A DNA stretch of 64,000 nucleotides from Deltaproteobacteria bacterium (lineage in GTDB: Bacteria > Myxococcota_A > UBA9160 > SMWR01), in NCBI GenBank assembly GCA_031405455.1, contig JANNIY010000130.1:974-64973 (forward strand). Direction: 5' to 3'. This document shows positions 50,406-58,578 of this stretch, piece after piece (position 1 is the first letter of the stretch; each line of letters begins with the position of its first letter). The notes below the pieces were generated by a model, which saw only the letters and a program-made list of their open reading frames with translations, searched no databases and was not told the DNA's origin. The position numbers and the translations under genes were made by a program.

Positions 50406-50974
50406 GGCGCTCTCCTGCGCCGCCGCGCTGGGCGGGCCGACCCGGTCGCGGGATCCTGCGGCATCCGCGCCGCTCGCGACACCCCGTCCCGCCGGCGCGC
50501 GCGGGCGATCCAGCTGCGCAGCTCGCCGAGGCTGCGCACGCCGTGCGCAGCCCCCCAGGCGAGCACGTGCGGGCCGCCGGCCACGAGCAGCCGCAAATAG
50601 CCCCGGCGCACGAGCGTGAGGAACGGAGACAGGATCCGGAGTTCGACATGCAGCGACGGGTCGGGCTCGACCGCGAGATCAAAAAGTGACACGGCGAAGT
50701 CAGCGATTCCGCCGCGGGCCGCGGCCAGGCGGTCGATCGCAGCCGGCGGAAAGCCGAATTCGAGATCCGCGTCCGCGCGCGCCCCCTGCTCGAGCCGGGT
50801 TTTTCCAGCGACCCTCGCGAGATGCCAGACCTCCCCCGGGCGATGCAGGAAGCGCACGTTGCTGCAGGCGTCCTGCGAGAGCAGCGCCGCGGCGCGCGTC
50901 CAGGCCGGGTGCGAGCCGAAAAGCCCTGCGAGGCGTCTCACGTGCGGATCAGCCTCGCTGCGGGTCTCGCGCAT
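50402..50974 (-). CDS. Hypothetical protein (first gene of the operon)
   Basis: The ATG at 50974 gives MRETRSEADPHVRRLAGLFGSHPAW.... I recognise no motif. Coding is supported by its position behind a -24/-12 match and by coupling to the next gene. Confidence 0.45.
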   Translation of the reverse strand: MRETRSEADPHVRRLAGLFGSHPAWTRAAALLSQDACSNVRFLHRPGEVWHLARVAGKTRLEQGARADADLEFGFPPAAIDRLAAARGGIADFAVSLFDLAVEPDPSLHVELRILSPFLTLVRRGYLRLLVAGGPHVLAWGAAHGVRSLGELRSWIARARRRDGVSRAARMPQDPATGSARPARRRRRAP

Positions 50975-51018
50975 GCAACCTCTCGCGCGCGGCTTCGCGC
51001 TGCGCCCTGCCCAGCGGG

Positions 51019-51034
51019 TGCACACGGCGTGCCG
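51019..51034 (-). promoter_or_regulatory. Sigma-54 type -24/-12 match (site H)
   Basis: The minus strand reads CGGCACGCCGTGTGCA. The -12 C is 46 nt upstream of the ATG at 50974. Confidence 0.5.
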
Positions 51035-51137
51035 AGCCCTGCCGGCTCCCCCGCGCGACCGCCGGGGCGAAGCGCCCCGCAACGGTTCCACGCGCCCCAG
51101 TCCGGGGCAGGGAACCACGCCTGGGCTCTCTGGAGGA

Positions 51138-51153
51138 TGGTACGGATACTGCT
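51138..51153 (+). promoter_or_regulatory. Sigma-54 type -24/-12 match (site I, GGTAC variant)
   Basis: TGGTACGGATACTGCT. The -12 C is 45 nt upstream of the ATG at 51197, and the SD AAGGGGGGG lies in between. Confidence 0.45.
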
Positions 51154-51196
51154 CGTGCTAGAAACTCGCAGCGCGTTCGCGCGCAAGGGGGGGTCC

Positions 51197-52399
51197 ATGC
51201 GTCAAGGCTCGATCATCCTGCTGAGCAGCCTGCTCGCGATCGGCGCCGCGCACGCGGCGTCGGAGAACACGGCGCCGCAGGAGCCGCGTGCGACGATGGG
51301 TGAGATCTTCCGCGCCCTCGCCGAAGTGCTGCCGGCGAGCCTCGATGAGCAGCGCTATTCCGATCCGGCCCGGCGGGACGAGATTCTCGCAGCGCTGACG
51401 AAACTCGCCGCTGCCGGCTCGAAGCTCGAAACACACGGCCGCAGCCGGGACGCGGGCTTCAGCTTTCTCTCGCGCTCGCTCGCACGCGACACCGAAGAGA
51501 TCCGGCTCCGTTACGCCGATGGCCGCAGGGACGAATCACGCTTCCTGTTGCACGAACTCACGCAAGATTGCGTCGCGTGCCATTCGCGTCTGCCGAGCCA
51601 GAAGGATGCATCGCTCGGTCGCAGGCTGATGTCCGAGGAACACGTCGCGGCCCTGCCCCTCGACGAGCGCGCGCGCCTCGAGTTCGCCACCCGCCAATTC
51701 GCGAGCGCGCAAAAGACGAGCGAGGCACTGCTCGCATCACCGGACTACAGCGCGATGGATCTCGATCTGACCGGCGCTCTCGATGAGTATCTCGAACTCA
51801 GCTTGCGCGTGCGGCGGGATTTCGAGCGCGCAGCCAGCACGCTCGAGCGCTTCGCGACGCGCGCCGACGTGTCCGCGCGGCTGCGCGTGCGGGTCGGACG
51901 CTGGGTCGCGTCGTTGCGCGAGATCGCCGCCCGCAAGCCGGCGCCGACGCCCCTCGCGGAAGCGCAGGCCCTGCTCGCCGTGGCGCAGGATCGCGCGCGC
52001 TTTCCCGATGAACGCGACGCACTCGTCTACGACCTCGCGGCCTCGAGCGAGCTGCACCGTTTCATCGACACCACAAAGCCGGGACCGGACGCCGCGTTCG
52101 CCTTCTTCCAACTGGGCGGAATCGAAGCGCGCGTCGGCCGCTCCTTCTGGCTTTCGCAGACCGAGGTCTACCTGGAAACCTCCATCCGCATGGCGCCCGG
52201 AGAGCCCTTCGCGCCGCAGGCGCTCGCGGAGCTTCGGGAGTTCCTGGTGTCGGGCTACACGGGGTCCGGGGGCCGGCAGGTGCCTGCGGACGTGCAGCGG
52301 CGCCTCGCGGAGCTGAGCGTCCTCGTCGAGCAGGCCCGCACGCCCGCGCCTGCGGCCTCCACCCCCGAGCGTCAAGTCGAGCCGTCGATGCCCCGATGA
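51197..52399 (+). CDS. Secreted hypothetical protein with a single CxxCH haem-binding motif
   Basis: The signal is IILLSSLLAIGAAHA. The only Cys pair is in LTQDCVACHSRLP. The rest is helical and Ala/Leu/Arg-rich. Confidence 0.6.
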   Translation: MRQGSIILLSSLLAIGAAHAASENTAPQEPRATMGEIFRALAEVLPASLDEQRYSDPARRDEILAALTKLAAAGSKLETHGRSRDAGFSFLSRSLARDTEEIRLRYADGRRDESRFLLHELTQDCVACHSRLPSQKDASLGRRLMSEEHVAALPLDERARLEFATRQFASAQKTSEALLASPDYSAMDLDLTGALDEYLELSLRVRRDFERAASTLERFATRADVSARLRVRVGRWVASLREIAARKPAPTPLAEAQALLAVAQDRARFPDERDALVYDLAASSELHRFIDTTKPGPDAAFAFFQLGGIEARVGRSFWLSQTEVYLETSIRMAPGEPFAPQALAELREFLVSGYTGSGGRQVPADVQRRLAELSVLVEQARTPAPAASTPERQVEPSMPR

Positions 52400-52417
52400 C
52401 CCTGCGGGCCGGCTCGC

Positions 52418-53317
52418 GTGCCGGCAGGGGAGCTGGACGGCGTGCGGCTGATCGCCTGCGAGACCTGCCATGCCCAGTACGACGTCAGTGACGTCGCGGC
52501 GGCGACGATCGAGTGCCGCTGCGGAGGCGTGCTCGAGAACCGCGCGCTGGTGCCGGTCGACGCGAAGATCCACCGCTGTGCCGCCTGCGGCGCCGCGGTC
52601 GGCGAGCGCGCGAAGGGCTGCGATTTCTGCGGCGCGGCGATCGTACGCGAGGGCGATCCGCGCAAGCTCTCGCTGATCTGCCCCGAATGCTGCGCGCGCA
52701 ACGCGAACGACGCGCGCTTCTGCACCGCCTGCGGTGTCGCATTCAGCCCCGAGCCGATTCAGCAGCTCGGCGTCGAGATCGCCTGTCCCCTCTGCGAGGC
52801 GCTGATGCCCGCGCAGACGGTGGCCGGAATCTCCGTAAACGAATGCACGAGCTGCGGCGGACTTTGGGTGCCCGGCGAGCACTTCGAGCAACTGATCAGC
52901 CGTGCGATCGAGATGCGCAAGCAGCGCGACCCGGCAGCGGCGTTGGCGGCGCCGCCGCGCGTCAAGGGCGCCAACCCGGCCGCGCAGCGCGTCGCGTACC
53001 GGCGCTGTCCAAGCTGCAACCTGCACATGCTGCGGCGCAATTTTCGCCGATCGTCGGGAGTGATTCTCGACGTCTGCGGAGATCACGGCACCTGGCTCGA
53101 CGCCGACGAGCTCGAGCAGATCACCGGATTCATCCTTTCGGGCGGAACCACTTCGGCCGTGCTCGCCGAGGGTCCGCCGGCATCCCGCGCCGACGCTCGC
53201 GCGATCGCCGAGTTTGCGCGCGTGCGGGCGCAATTCGAACCGGAGCGCCAACGCGAATTCACGCCCGGCATCCTCGGGATGGGGCTCGTGAAGCTGATCA
53301 AACTGCTTCTCGGTTGA
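52418..53317 (+). CDS. Multi-zinc-ribbon protein (two TFIIB-type Zn-fingers plus three further ribbons) with a C-terminal amphipathic/TM helix
   Basis: Five CxxC...CxxC units. Two have the pattern CPxC...M...C..CGG.W....E (IACPLCEALM...CTSCGGLWVPGEHFEQL and RRCPSCNLHML...DVCGDHGTWLDADELEQI). The C-terminus is GILGMGLVKLIKLLLG. Confidence 0.7.
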   Translation: MPAGELDGVRLIACETCHAQYDVSDVAAATIECRCGGVLENRALVPVDAKIHRCAACGAAVGERAKGCDFCGAAIVREGDPRKLSLICPECCARNANDARFCTACGVAFSPEPIQQLGVEIACPLCEALMPAQTVAGISVNECTSCGGLWVPGEHFEQLISRAIEMRKQRDPAAALAAPPRVKGANPAAQRVAYRRCPSCNLHMLRRNFRRSSGVILDVCGDHGTWLDADELEQITGFILSGGTTSAVLAEGPPASRADARAIAEFARVRAQFEPERQREFTPGILGMGLVKLIKLLLG

Positions 53318-53337
53318 GAAGCGCTAGGAGGAATGCC

Positions 53338-54405
53338 ATGGGTCTTCTGGACAAGCTGCGGGGAGAATTCGTCGACATCATCGAGTGGGTCGACGACAGC
53401 CGACATACCCTCGTGTGGCGCTTTCCGCGCTATCACAACCAGATCAAGAACGGAGCCCAGCTGATCGTGCGCCCCGGCCAGCTCGCGGTGCTCGTGCGCG
53501 AGGGTCGGCTCGCCGACGTCTTCGCGCCCGGCCAGCACCGGCTCGAGACCCGCAACCTGCCCATCCTTTCGACGCTCGCGGGCTGGCCCTACGGCCTCGA
53601 CAGCCCCTTCAAGGCCGAGGTCTACTTCGTCAGCACCCGGCTGATCACGGATCTCAAATGGGGAACCCCCTCACCGGTGCTGCTGCGCGACCCCGATTTC
53701 GGGCCGCTGCGCGTGCGCGCCTTCGGCACCTACACCCTGCGCGCGCTCGACCCGAAGCGCCTGCTCACGCAGCTCGTCGGGGCCGACTCCTCGTTCGAGG
53801 CCGACGAGATCGGGGAACTCCTGCGTTCGATCATCGCGACCGCCTTCGCCGATCTCGTGGCGAAAGCCGAGATTGCGCTGGTCGACCTCTCGAAGAACTA
53901 CCAGTCGCTCTCGGATCGCCTGCAGGATCTGGTGCGCACGCGCATCGATGACGAATACGGGCTCGAGATTCCGCAGCTCTACATCGTGAATATCTCGGCG
54001 CCGGCCGAAGTCGAGCAGGCGCTCGATGCGCGCAGCAGCATGAACGTGATCGGTGATGCCGCCGCCTACCAGGCCTATCAGCTCGGACGCTCGATGCCCG
54101 TTGCGGCGGCCAATCCCGCCGGTGGGCTCGCGGGCGCGGGCGTCGGCGTCGGCATGGGCATGGCGATCGCATCGCCCCTGCTGGCAGGGACTGCGCCCGC
54201 CGCGCCGCCGCATCCCGCGCCGCCTTCGGCCTGGTGGATCGCCGAGGGCGGCCAATCGCAGGGCCCCTTCACCCCCGCACAGCTCGCGAGTTCTGGGCGA
54301 CTGCGCCCCGACACGCTGGTGTGGACGGCCGGCATGGCGGACTGGCAGCCCGCCGCGCAGGTCGCGGCGCTGGCCGCGGTCGTACCGCCGCCGCTGCCGC
54401 GCTGA
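53338..54405 (+). CDS. SPFH-domain protein (virion-core-protein-like, COG4260 type) with a C-terminal GYF_2-like domain
   Basis: SD AGGAGGAA precedes the ATG. The N-terminus MGLLDKLRGEFVDIIEW and the band-7-like body match the type. After a Gly/Ala/Pro linker comes WWIAEGGQSQGPFTPAQLASSGRLRPDTLVWTAGMADWQPA. Confidence 0.75.
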   Translation: MGLLDKLRGEFVDIIEWVDDSRHTLVWRFPRYHNQIKNGAQLIVRPGQLAVLVREGRLADVFAPGQHRLETRNLPILSTLAGWPYGLDSPFKAEVYFVSTRLITDLKWGTPSPVLLRDPDFGPLRVRAFGTYTLRALDPKRLLTQLVGADSSFEADEIGELLRSIIATAFADLVAKAEIALVDLSKNYQSLSDRLQDLVRTRIDDEYGLEIPQLYIVNISAPAEVEQALDARSSMNVIGDAAAYQAYQLGRSMPVAAANPAGGLAGAGVGVGMGMAIASPLLAGTAPAAPPHPAPPSAWWIAEGGQSQGPFTPAQLASSGRLRPDTLVWTAGMADWQPAAQVAALAAVVPPPLPR

Positions 54406-55131
54406 TCAGAAGAAGGGATAGCTCGAGCGCCAGAGCCGGGGCACCTTCAGCCCGAGCTTTTCGATCACCGGCTCGGTGGCCGCGCGAAATGCCTGCCGGC
54501 GGTCTTCGTTGCTGCGGTACTTGAGGCCGAGTTTCAAGTAGAGCGGCGTGCGGCGCGTGCTCGGCGGCCCGAACATGTTGAGGCCGACGCGCCACCACTT
54601 GTTCAGCGCGCGCTGAACACGCGCGCGTCCGAGCCGCTCCACCTGCGCCGCGAGGAAGCGCACACCGAACTCGGGGTGGCCCACCTCCTCTTCGAGGATC
54701 TCGTGCGCCACCTTGCACCACGGCGCGTAGCTGCTCTGCGCGAAATCTTCCACCAGGAAGTAGGCGCCCTGGTCGATCAGGAAGCTCATCATCAGGACGT
54801 CGATCCAGCGCAGGCGCCCGGTCAAGACGTTCATCACCGGAATGAACCAATCGTTGCCGGCGTATTGCGTCACCTGGTCGGCGGGAATGCCGAGCTCTTC
54901 GAGCAGCTTCACGGTCCGGTACCAGTGCTCGGTCTCTTCCTTGGCGAGTTCGGCCACGCGCATCTTCTCTTCGGGGCCGGGAGCCTTGCGCACCCACTTC
55001 GAATACATGTGCGCGGCGAAGAGTTCCGCGCGGGCCTGATCGGCGAGCAGACGCACGAGGGTCTTGCGGTAGCGCGGGCTCATGGCGCTGTCCGCATGCA
55101 CGCTCGCGACGGCAAGCTCGCGTTGTACCAT
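54406..55131 (-). CDS. Ferritin-like di-iron protein of the PaaA/phenylacetate-catabolic family
   Basis: SD CAGGAGGA precedes the ATG at 55131. ExxH motifs are KEETEHW and EEEVGHPEFG. Confidence 0.65.
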   Translation of the reverse strand: MVQRELAVASVHADSAMSPRYRKTLVRLLADQARAELFAAHMYSKWVRKAPGPEEKMRVAELAKEETEHWYRTVKLLEELGIPADQVTQYAGNDWFIPVMNVLTGRLRWIDVLMMSFLIDQGAYFLVEDFAQSSYAPWCKVAHEILEEEVGHPEFGVRFLAAQVERLGRARVQRALNKWWRVGLNMFGPPSTRRTPLYLKLGLKYRSNEDRRQAFRAATEPVIEKLGLKVPRLWRSSYPFF

Positions 55132-55164
55132 GGGAAGTCCTCCTGACCGGCGGGAGCTTGGCGC

Positions 55165-56349
55165 ATGACGGAACCCTGGTGCAACTGGTCGCGCAGCGTG
55201 CGCTGCACGCCGCAGCGCCGCGAGCGGCCGGAGAGCGAGGCCCAACTCGCAGCGCTCCTGCGCGGCGCCGCGGCCGAGGGGCTCGGCGTGCGCGTCGCCG
55301 GCCGGGGACACTCCCACACCCCGCTCGTCGCGACGGAAGGCCTGTTGATCGAACTCGACGGGTTCGCCGGGATCGAAAGCTGTGACGCTTCGGCCTGCGA
55401 AGCGACTCTGCTCGGCGGCACGCAGCTCGCCGAGATCGGCGCACCGTTGCGCGAACACGGACTCGCCATGGAGAACCTCGGCGACGTCGACGTGCAGGCG
55501 CTCGCCGGAGCGATCGCGACCGGAACGCACGGCACCGGACGCCGACTGCGCAGCCTCTCAAACCAGGTCGTGGGCCTGCGCCTCTACACCGCGAGTGGCG
55601 AGCGACTCGAGTGTTCGGAGACGAGCGCTCCGCGCACGTTCGAGGCGGCCCGCGTAGCGCTCGGCACGTTCGGCGTGATCGCCGCCGTGCGTTTGCGGCT
55701 CGTCCCCGCCTACCAGCTGCACGAGCGCATCTGGCGCGAAGACGTGCAGCCCGCGCTCGACGCGCTTCCCGAGCGGATCGCGTCGAACCGCCATTGCGAG
55801 TTCTTCTGGCTGCCCCAGAAAGACCGCCTCGAGCTGAAGACGCTCAACCCGAGCACGCTCGCGACGGGAGTACGCACGGACCGGCCCCGCGAGCGCGTCG
55901 CGCCCGCCCACGAGATCTTGCCCTCGCTGCGCGATGTCCGGCACGTCGAGATGGAATACGCGGTGCCGGCCGAGCACGGCATCGCGTGTTTTCTCGAACT
56001 GCGCGAATGTATGCGCCGCCGCCATCCGGACGTCTTCTGGCCGGTCGAGTTTCGCACCCTCGCGGCCGACGGGATTCCGCTCTCACCGGCGTACGCACGC
56101 GAGACGGTGACGCTCTCGCTCCATCAGGGAGCCGACCTCCCCTACCAGGCGTTCTTTGCGGATGGCGAGGCGATTTTCCGAAATGTCGGCGGGCGGCCGC
56201 ATTGGGGGAAGTTGCACTCGCGCAGCGCGAACGAGTTGCGCGATCTCTATCCGCGCTGGGATGACTTCCACGCCGTGCGCCGCGAACTCGACCCGCACGG
56301 CCGCTTCCTGAATGCCTACTTGCGGGAGTTGTTCGGGGACGCCGCGTGA
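55165..56349 (+). CDS. FAD-linked D-arabinono-1,4-lactone / L-gulonolactone oxidase family oxidoreductase
   Basis: An FAD_binding_4 N-terminus (VRVAGRGHSHTPL, GTHGTG) and an ALO C-terminal domain with GRPHWGK. Confidence 0.8.
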   Translation: MTEPWCNWSRSVRCTPQRRERPESEAQLAALLRGAAAEGLGVRVAGRGHSHTPLVATEGLLIELDGFAGIESCDASACEATLLGGTQLAEIGAPLREHGLAMENLGDVDVQALAGAIATGTHGTGRRLRSLSNQVVGLRLYTASGERLECSETSAPRTFEAARVALGTFGVIAAVRLRLVPAYQLHERIWREDVQPALDALPERIASNRHCEFFWLPQKDRLELKTLNPSTLATGVRTDRPRERVAPAHEILPSLRDVRHVEMEYAVPAEHGIACFLELRECMRRRHPDVFWPVEFRTLAADGIPLSPAYARETVTLSLHQGADLPYQAFFADGEAIFRNVGGRPHWGKLHSRSANELRDLYPRWDDFHAVRRELDPHGRFLNAYLRELFGDAA

Positions 56350-56353
56350 GGGC

Positions 56354-56629
56354 TCAGCGCGCGTTGCGCTCGTGAACCCACCGGCAATCGACCCACAGAT
56401 CCTTCACGATCAGCGCCCGGTCGCGCACAGCGACGCGGCAGCGCTTCTTGTCCGGAGAAACCTCGAGCAGCATGCCCTCGCCGGACCAGAACGTCCCCGC
56501 GCGCATGTCGACGAAGACGGCCGTGCCCTGCCCCGGCATCAGGCAGCCACCGAGAGCCAGCAGCAGGAGACACGACGCGATGCGGGTTCGCAGCGACATG
56601 CGGAGCCCATCGGCCGATCGACGTGACAT
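56354..56629 (-). CDS. Small hypothetical lipoprotein
   Basis: Lipobox LLLALGGC. Size is 91 aa, or 81 aa from the second ATG. Confidence 0.55.
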   Translation of the reverse strand: MSRRSADGLRMSLRTRIASCLLLLALGGCLMPGQGTAVFVDMRAGTFWSGEGMLLEVSPDKKRCRVAVRDRALIVKDLWVDCRWVHERNAR

Positions 56630-56695
56630 CTGAAGACCCGGAATCGCGGCACGGCCGACGCGCAGATCTCGCTGCGGCGCGCCAGGGCGCCGCGC

Positions 56696-57523
56696 CTACA
56701 CGAACGTGAAGCGTCCCTGATCGATCACGACCTCGCCGCGCTGCGTGGCGGTCTGGAAGCGCGCCTCGCTGCCGTCGACCCAGATCGAAACCGTGAGCGC
56801 GTCGCCCGGCAGCACGGGCTTCGAGAAGCGCGCTTCCATGGAACGGAAACGCGCGGGATCGCCCCCGCACAGACCGCTCAGCAGCGCTCGCCCCGTGAAG
56901 CCGTAACTGCACAGTCCGTGCAGAATCGGCTTTTCGAAGCCCGCGCGCTTCGCGAATTCCGGATCCGAGTGCAGCGGGTTGCGGTCGCCCGAGAGCCGGT
57001 AGAGAAGCGCCTGATCGGGCCGCGTCTCGTAACGGACTTCGAGATCCGCGGCGCGCTTGGGCGGCTCGTTGCGCGGGCCGGAGGGTCCGCGCTCGCCACC
57101 GAAGCCGCCTTCCCCCCGGATGAAGGCCGCCATCCGCGTGCGAAAGCGCGGTTCGCCGGTGACGGCGTCGACCGATTCCGACTCCATCACGACGACGGCG
57201 CCGGAACGCTTGTCCCAGACATGCGCGATCCGGCCCGTGCTACGCACCTTGCCCTCGACGGGGATCGGACCGAAGACTTCGATCGCCTGCTCGCCATGCA
57301 CGAGCATCGCCGGATTGAATTGACCGATCGAGCCGAACGGAATTCCGCCGCCACCGACGATCACGGCGAAGGTCGGGAGCACGCGCTGGTCCTTCTCGGT
57401 CGAGAATGCGAGTTCGTCTGTGCCCGACCCGACACCCAGCGCGTAGAGCAGGCAATCTTTCGAAGTCCAACTGCGTTCGACGGGGTCGCCCGTGGTGCCT
57501 GCGGCGTTCGGATTGATCGGCAT
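56696..57523 (-). CDS. MaoC-like (R)-specific enoyl-CoA hydratase, double hot-dog
   Basis: ATG at 57523. The hydratase-2 motif YRLSGDRNPLHSDPEFA sits in the C-terminal hot-dog domain. Confidence 0.85.
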   Translation of the reverse strand: MPINPNAAGTTGDPVERSWTSKDCLLYALGVGSGTDELAFSTEKDQRVLPTFAVIVGGGGIPFGSIGQFNPAMLVHGEQAIEVFGPIPVEGKVRSTGRIAHVWDKRSGAVVVMESESVDAVTGEPRFRTRMAAFIRGEGGFGGERGPSGPRNEPPKRAADLEVRYETRPDQALLYRLSGDRNPLHSDPEFAKRAGFEKPILHGLCSYGFTGRALLSGLCGGDPARFRSMEARFSKPVLPGDALTVSIWVDGSEARFQTATQRGEVVIDQGRFTFV

Positions 57524-57620
57524 GCGCGCTCCTGCGGTGGTTGGCCGGACGCCGCAGCTTACCGTGCGAAGCGGGCGCGTGGTAGCTTTGCGGCCACGGC
57601 AGCAAACCTGGGGGATTGCG

Positions 57621-58184
57621 ATGCGCGCTCCGCTTCCGCATCCCTTCGAGCGCTTCTCGGCGCGAGCCCGCCGCGGCGCCCTGCTGGCTTTCGTCGGCAT
57701 CAGCATCGCGATGATGCTCGTGCTCTCCTCGCTCGATGCGCGCCTGCGCACTCCAGCTTCGCCGCACGGCATCCTTTCCTTCGAGTTCGCGGGAGACGAC
57801 GAACGCGCCATGCGCATGCTCGAGGCCTGGGGCAGCGAGGGGCGCGCTCGCGCCGCGCTGAGTCTGAAACTCGATTTCATCTTTCTCGCTGCCTATGCGC
57901 CGGCTCTCGCGTTGCTCTGCGCGGGCGTCGCCGATCGCCGACGCAGCCTCGGGGCTGGGCTCGCGAACGGCGGCGCTGCACTCGCCTGGGCCCAGCTCGC
58001 CGCGGGTGGCCTCGATGCGATCGAAAACCTCGCGCTCCTGCGCGTGCTCGGCCCAACCCCGACCGGCGGGTCCGCCGGCGCCGCGGCTTGCGCGTCGGCG
58101 AAATTTGCTCTCGTCGCCGCCGGGTTGCTCTACGTGGTCTCGTCAATCGCTTGCAGGCGTTTTCGACGAGCGAATCCGGCGTGA
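57621..58184 (+). CDS. Hypothetical integral membrane protein
   Basis: ATG at 57621. About 4 hydrophobic segments (LLAFVGISIAMMLVLSSL, FIFLAAYAPALALLCAGV, etc.). Confidence 0.5.
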   Translation: MRAPLPHPFERFSARARRGALLAFVGISIAMMLVLSSLDARLRTPASPHGILSFEFAGDDERAMRMLEAWGSEGRARAALSLKLDFIFLAAYAPALALLCAGVADRRRSLGAGLANGGAALAWAQLAAGGLDAIENLALLRVLGPTPTGGSAGAAACASAKFALVAAGLLYVVSSIACRRFRRANPA

Positions 58185-58227
58185 CCCCTCGCGATCGCTG
58201 CATGAAGCAGCCTGAATTTGTCTATTT

Positions 58228-58243
58228 TGTGATTTCAGTCACA
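58228..58243. promoter_or_regulatory. Perfect CRP-type palindrome TGTGA-N6-TCACA
   Basis: TGTGATTTCAGTCACA lies inside the only markedly AT-rich stretch I noticed (about 58210-58260). Its centre is about 116 nt upstream of the ATG at 58352. Confidence 0.5.
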
Positions 58244-58351
58244 TTACGACGTATGTTCGAAGCGCACGCTGATGTCGCGCCCACTGCTCGCGCGGATGCG
58301 CGAGAGAAGGAGAAAGCCCGAAGGCCGCTCGTTTGATAGGGGGGAACCAGC

Positions 58352-58528
58352 ATGGGCATTCTGATCGGAATCCTTGTTTACGGATTTGGCGTTCTGTTCT
58401 TCTGCGCGCTCGCCCGGGCGAACGGACCGGATCTCCAGGATCTCTTCGCGAATTCGAAGCCTGCCGATGAGCGTTTCGAATCGATGCCCGCACGCGGCGT
58501 GGTACACGCGCCAGAAGCGCGTTTCTGA
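58352..58528 (+). CDS. 58-aa hypothetical small membrane protein (below the ORF-track cut-off)
   Basis: My own translation is MGILIGILVYGFGVLFFCALARANGPDLQDLFANSKPADERFESMPARGVVHAPEARF, then TGA at 58526-58528. The SD-like AGGGGGGAA lies upstream. Confidence 0.4.
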   Translation: MGILIGILVYGFGVLFFCALARANGPDLQDLFANSKPADERFESMPARGVVHAPEARF

Positions 58529-58578
58529 GCCGCCGCGCAGCGCACGCCCAACCGCAGACGCAATCCGGGTGCGCGTGG

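Noticed and set aside
55132-55164. A 33-nt divergent gap between the PaaA-like and lactone-oxidase-like genes, considered as a shared regulatory element.
   Set aside because: It is too short to analyse by eye and no palindrome or repeat is evident. Tight divergent spacing alone is not unusual in this window.
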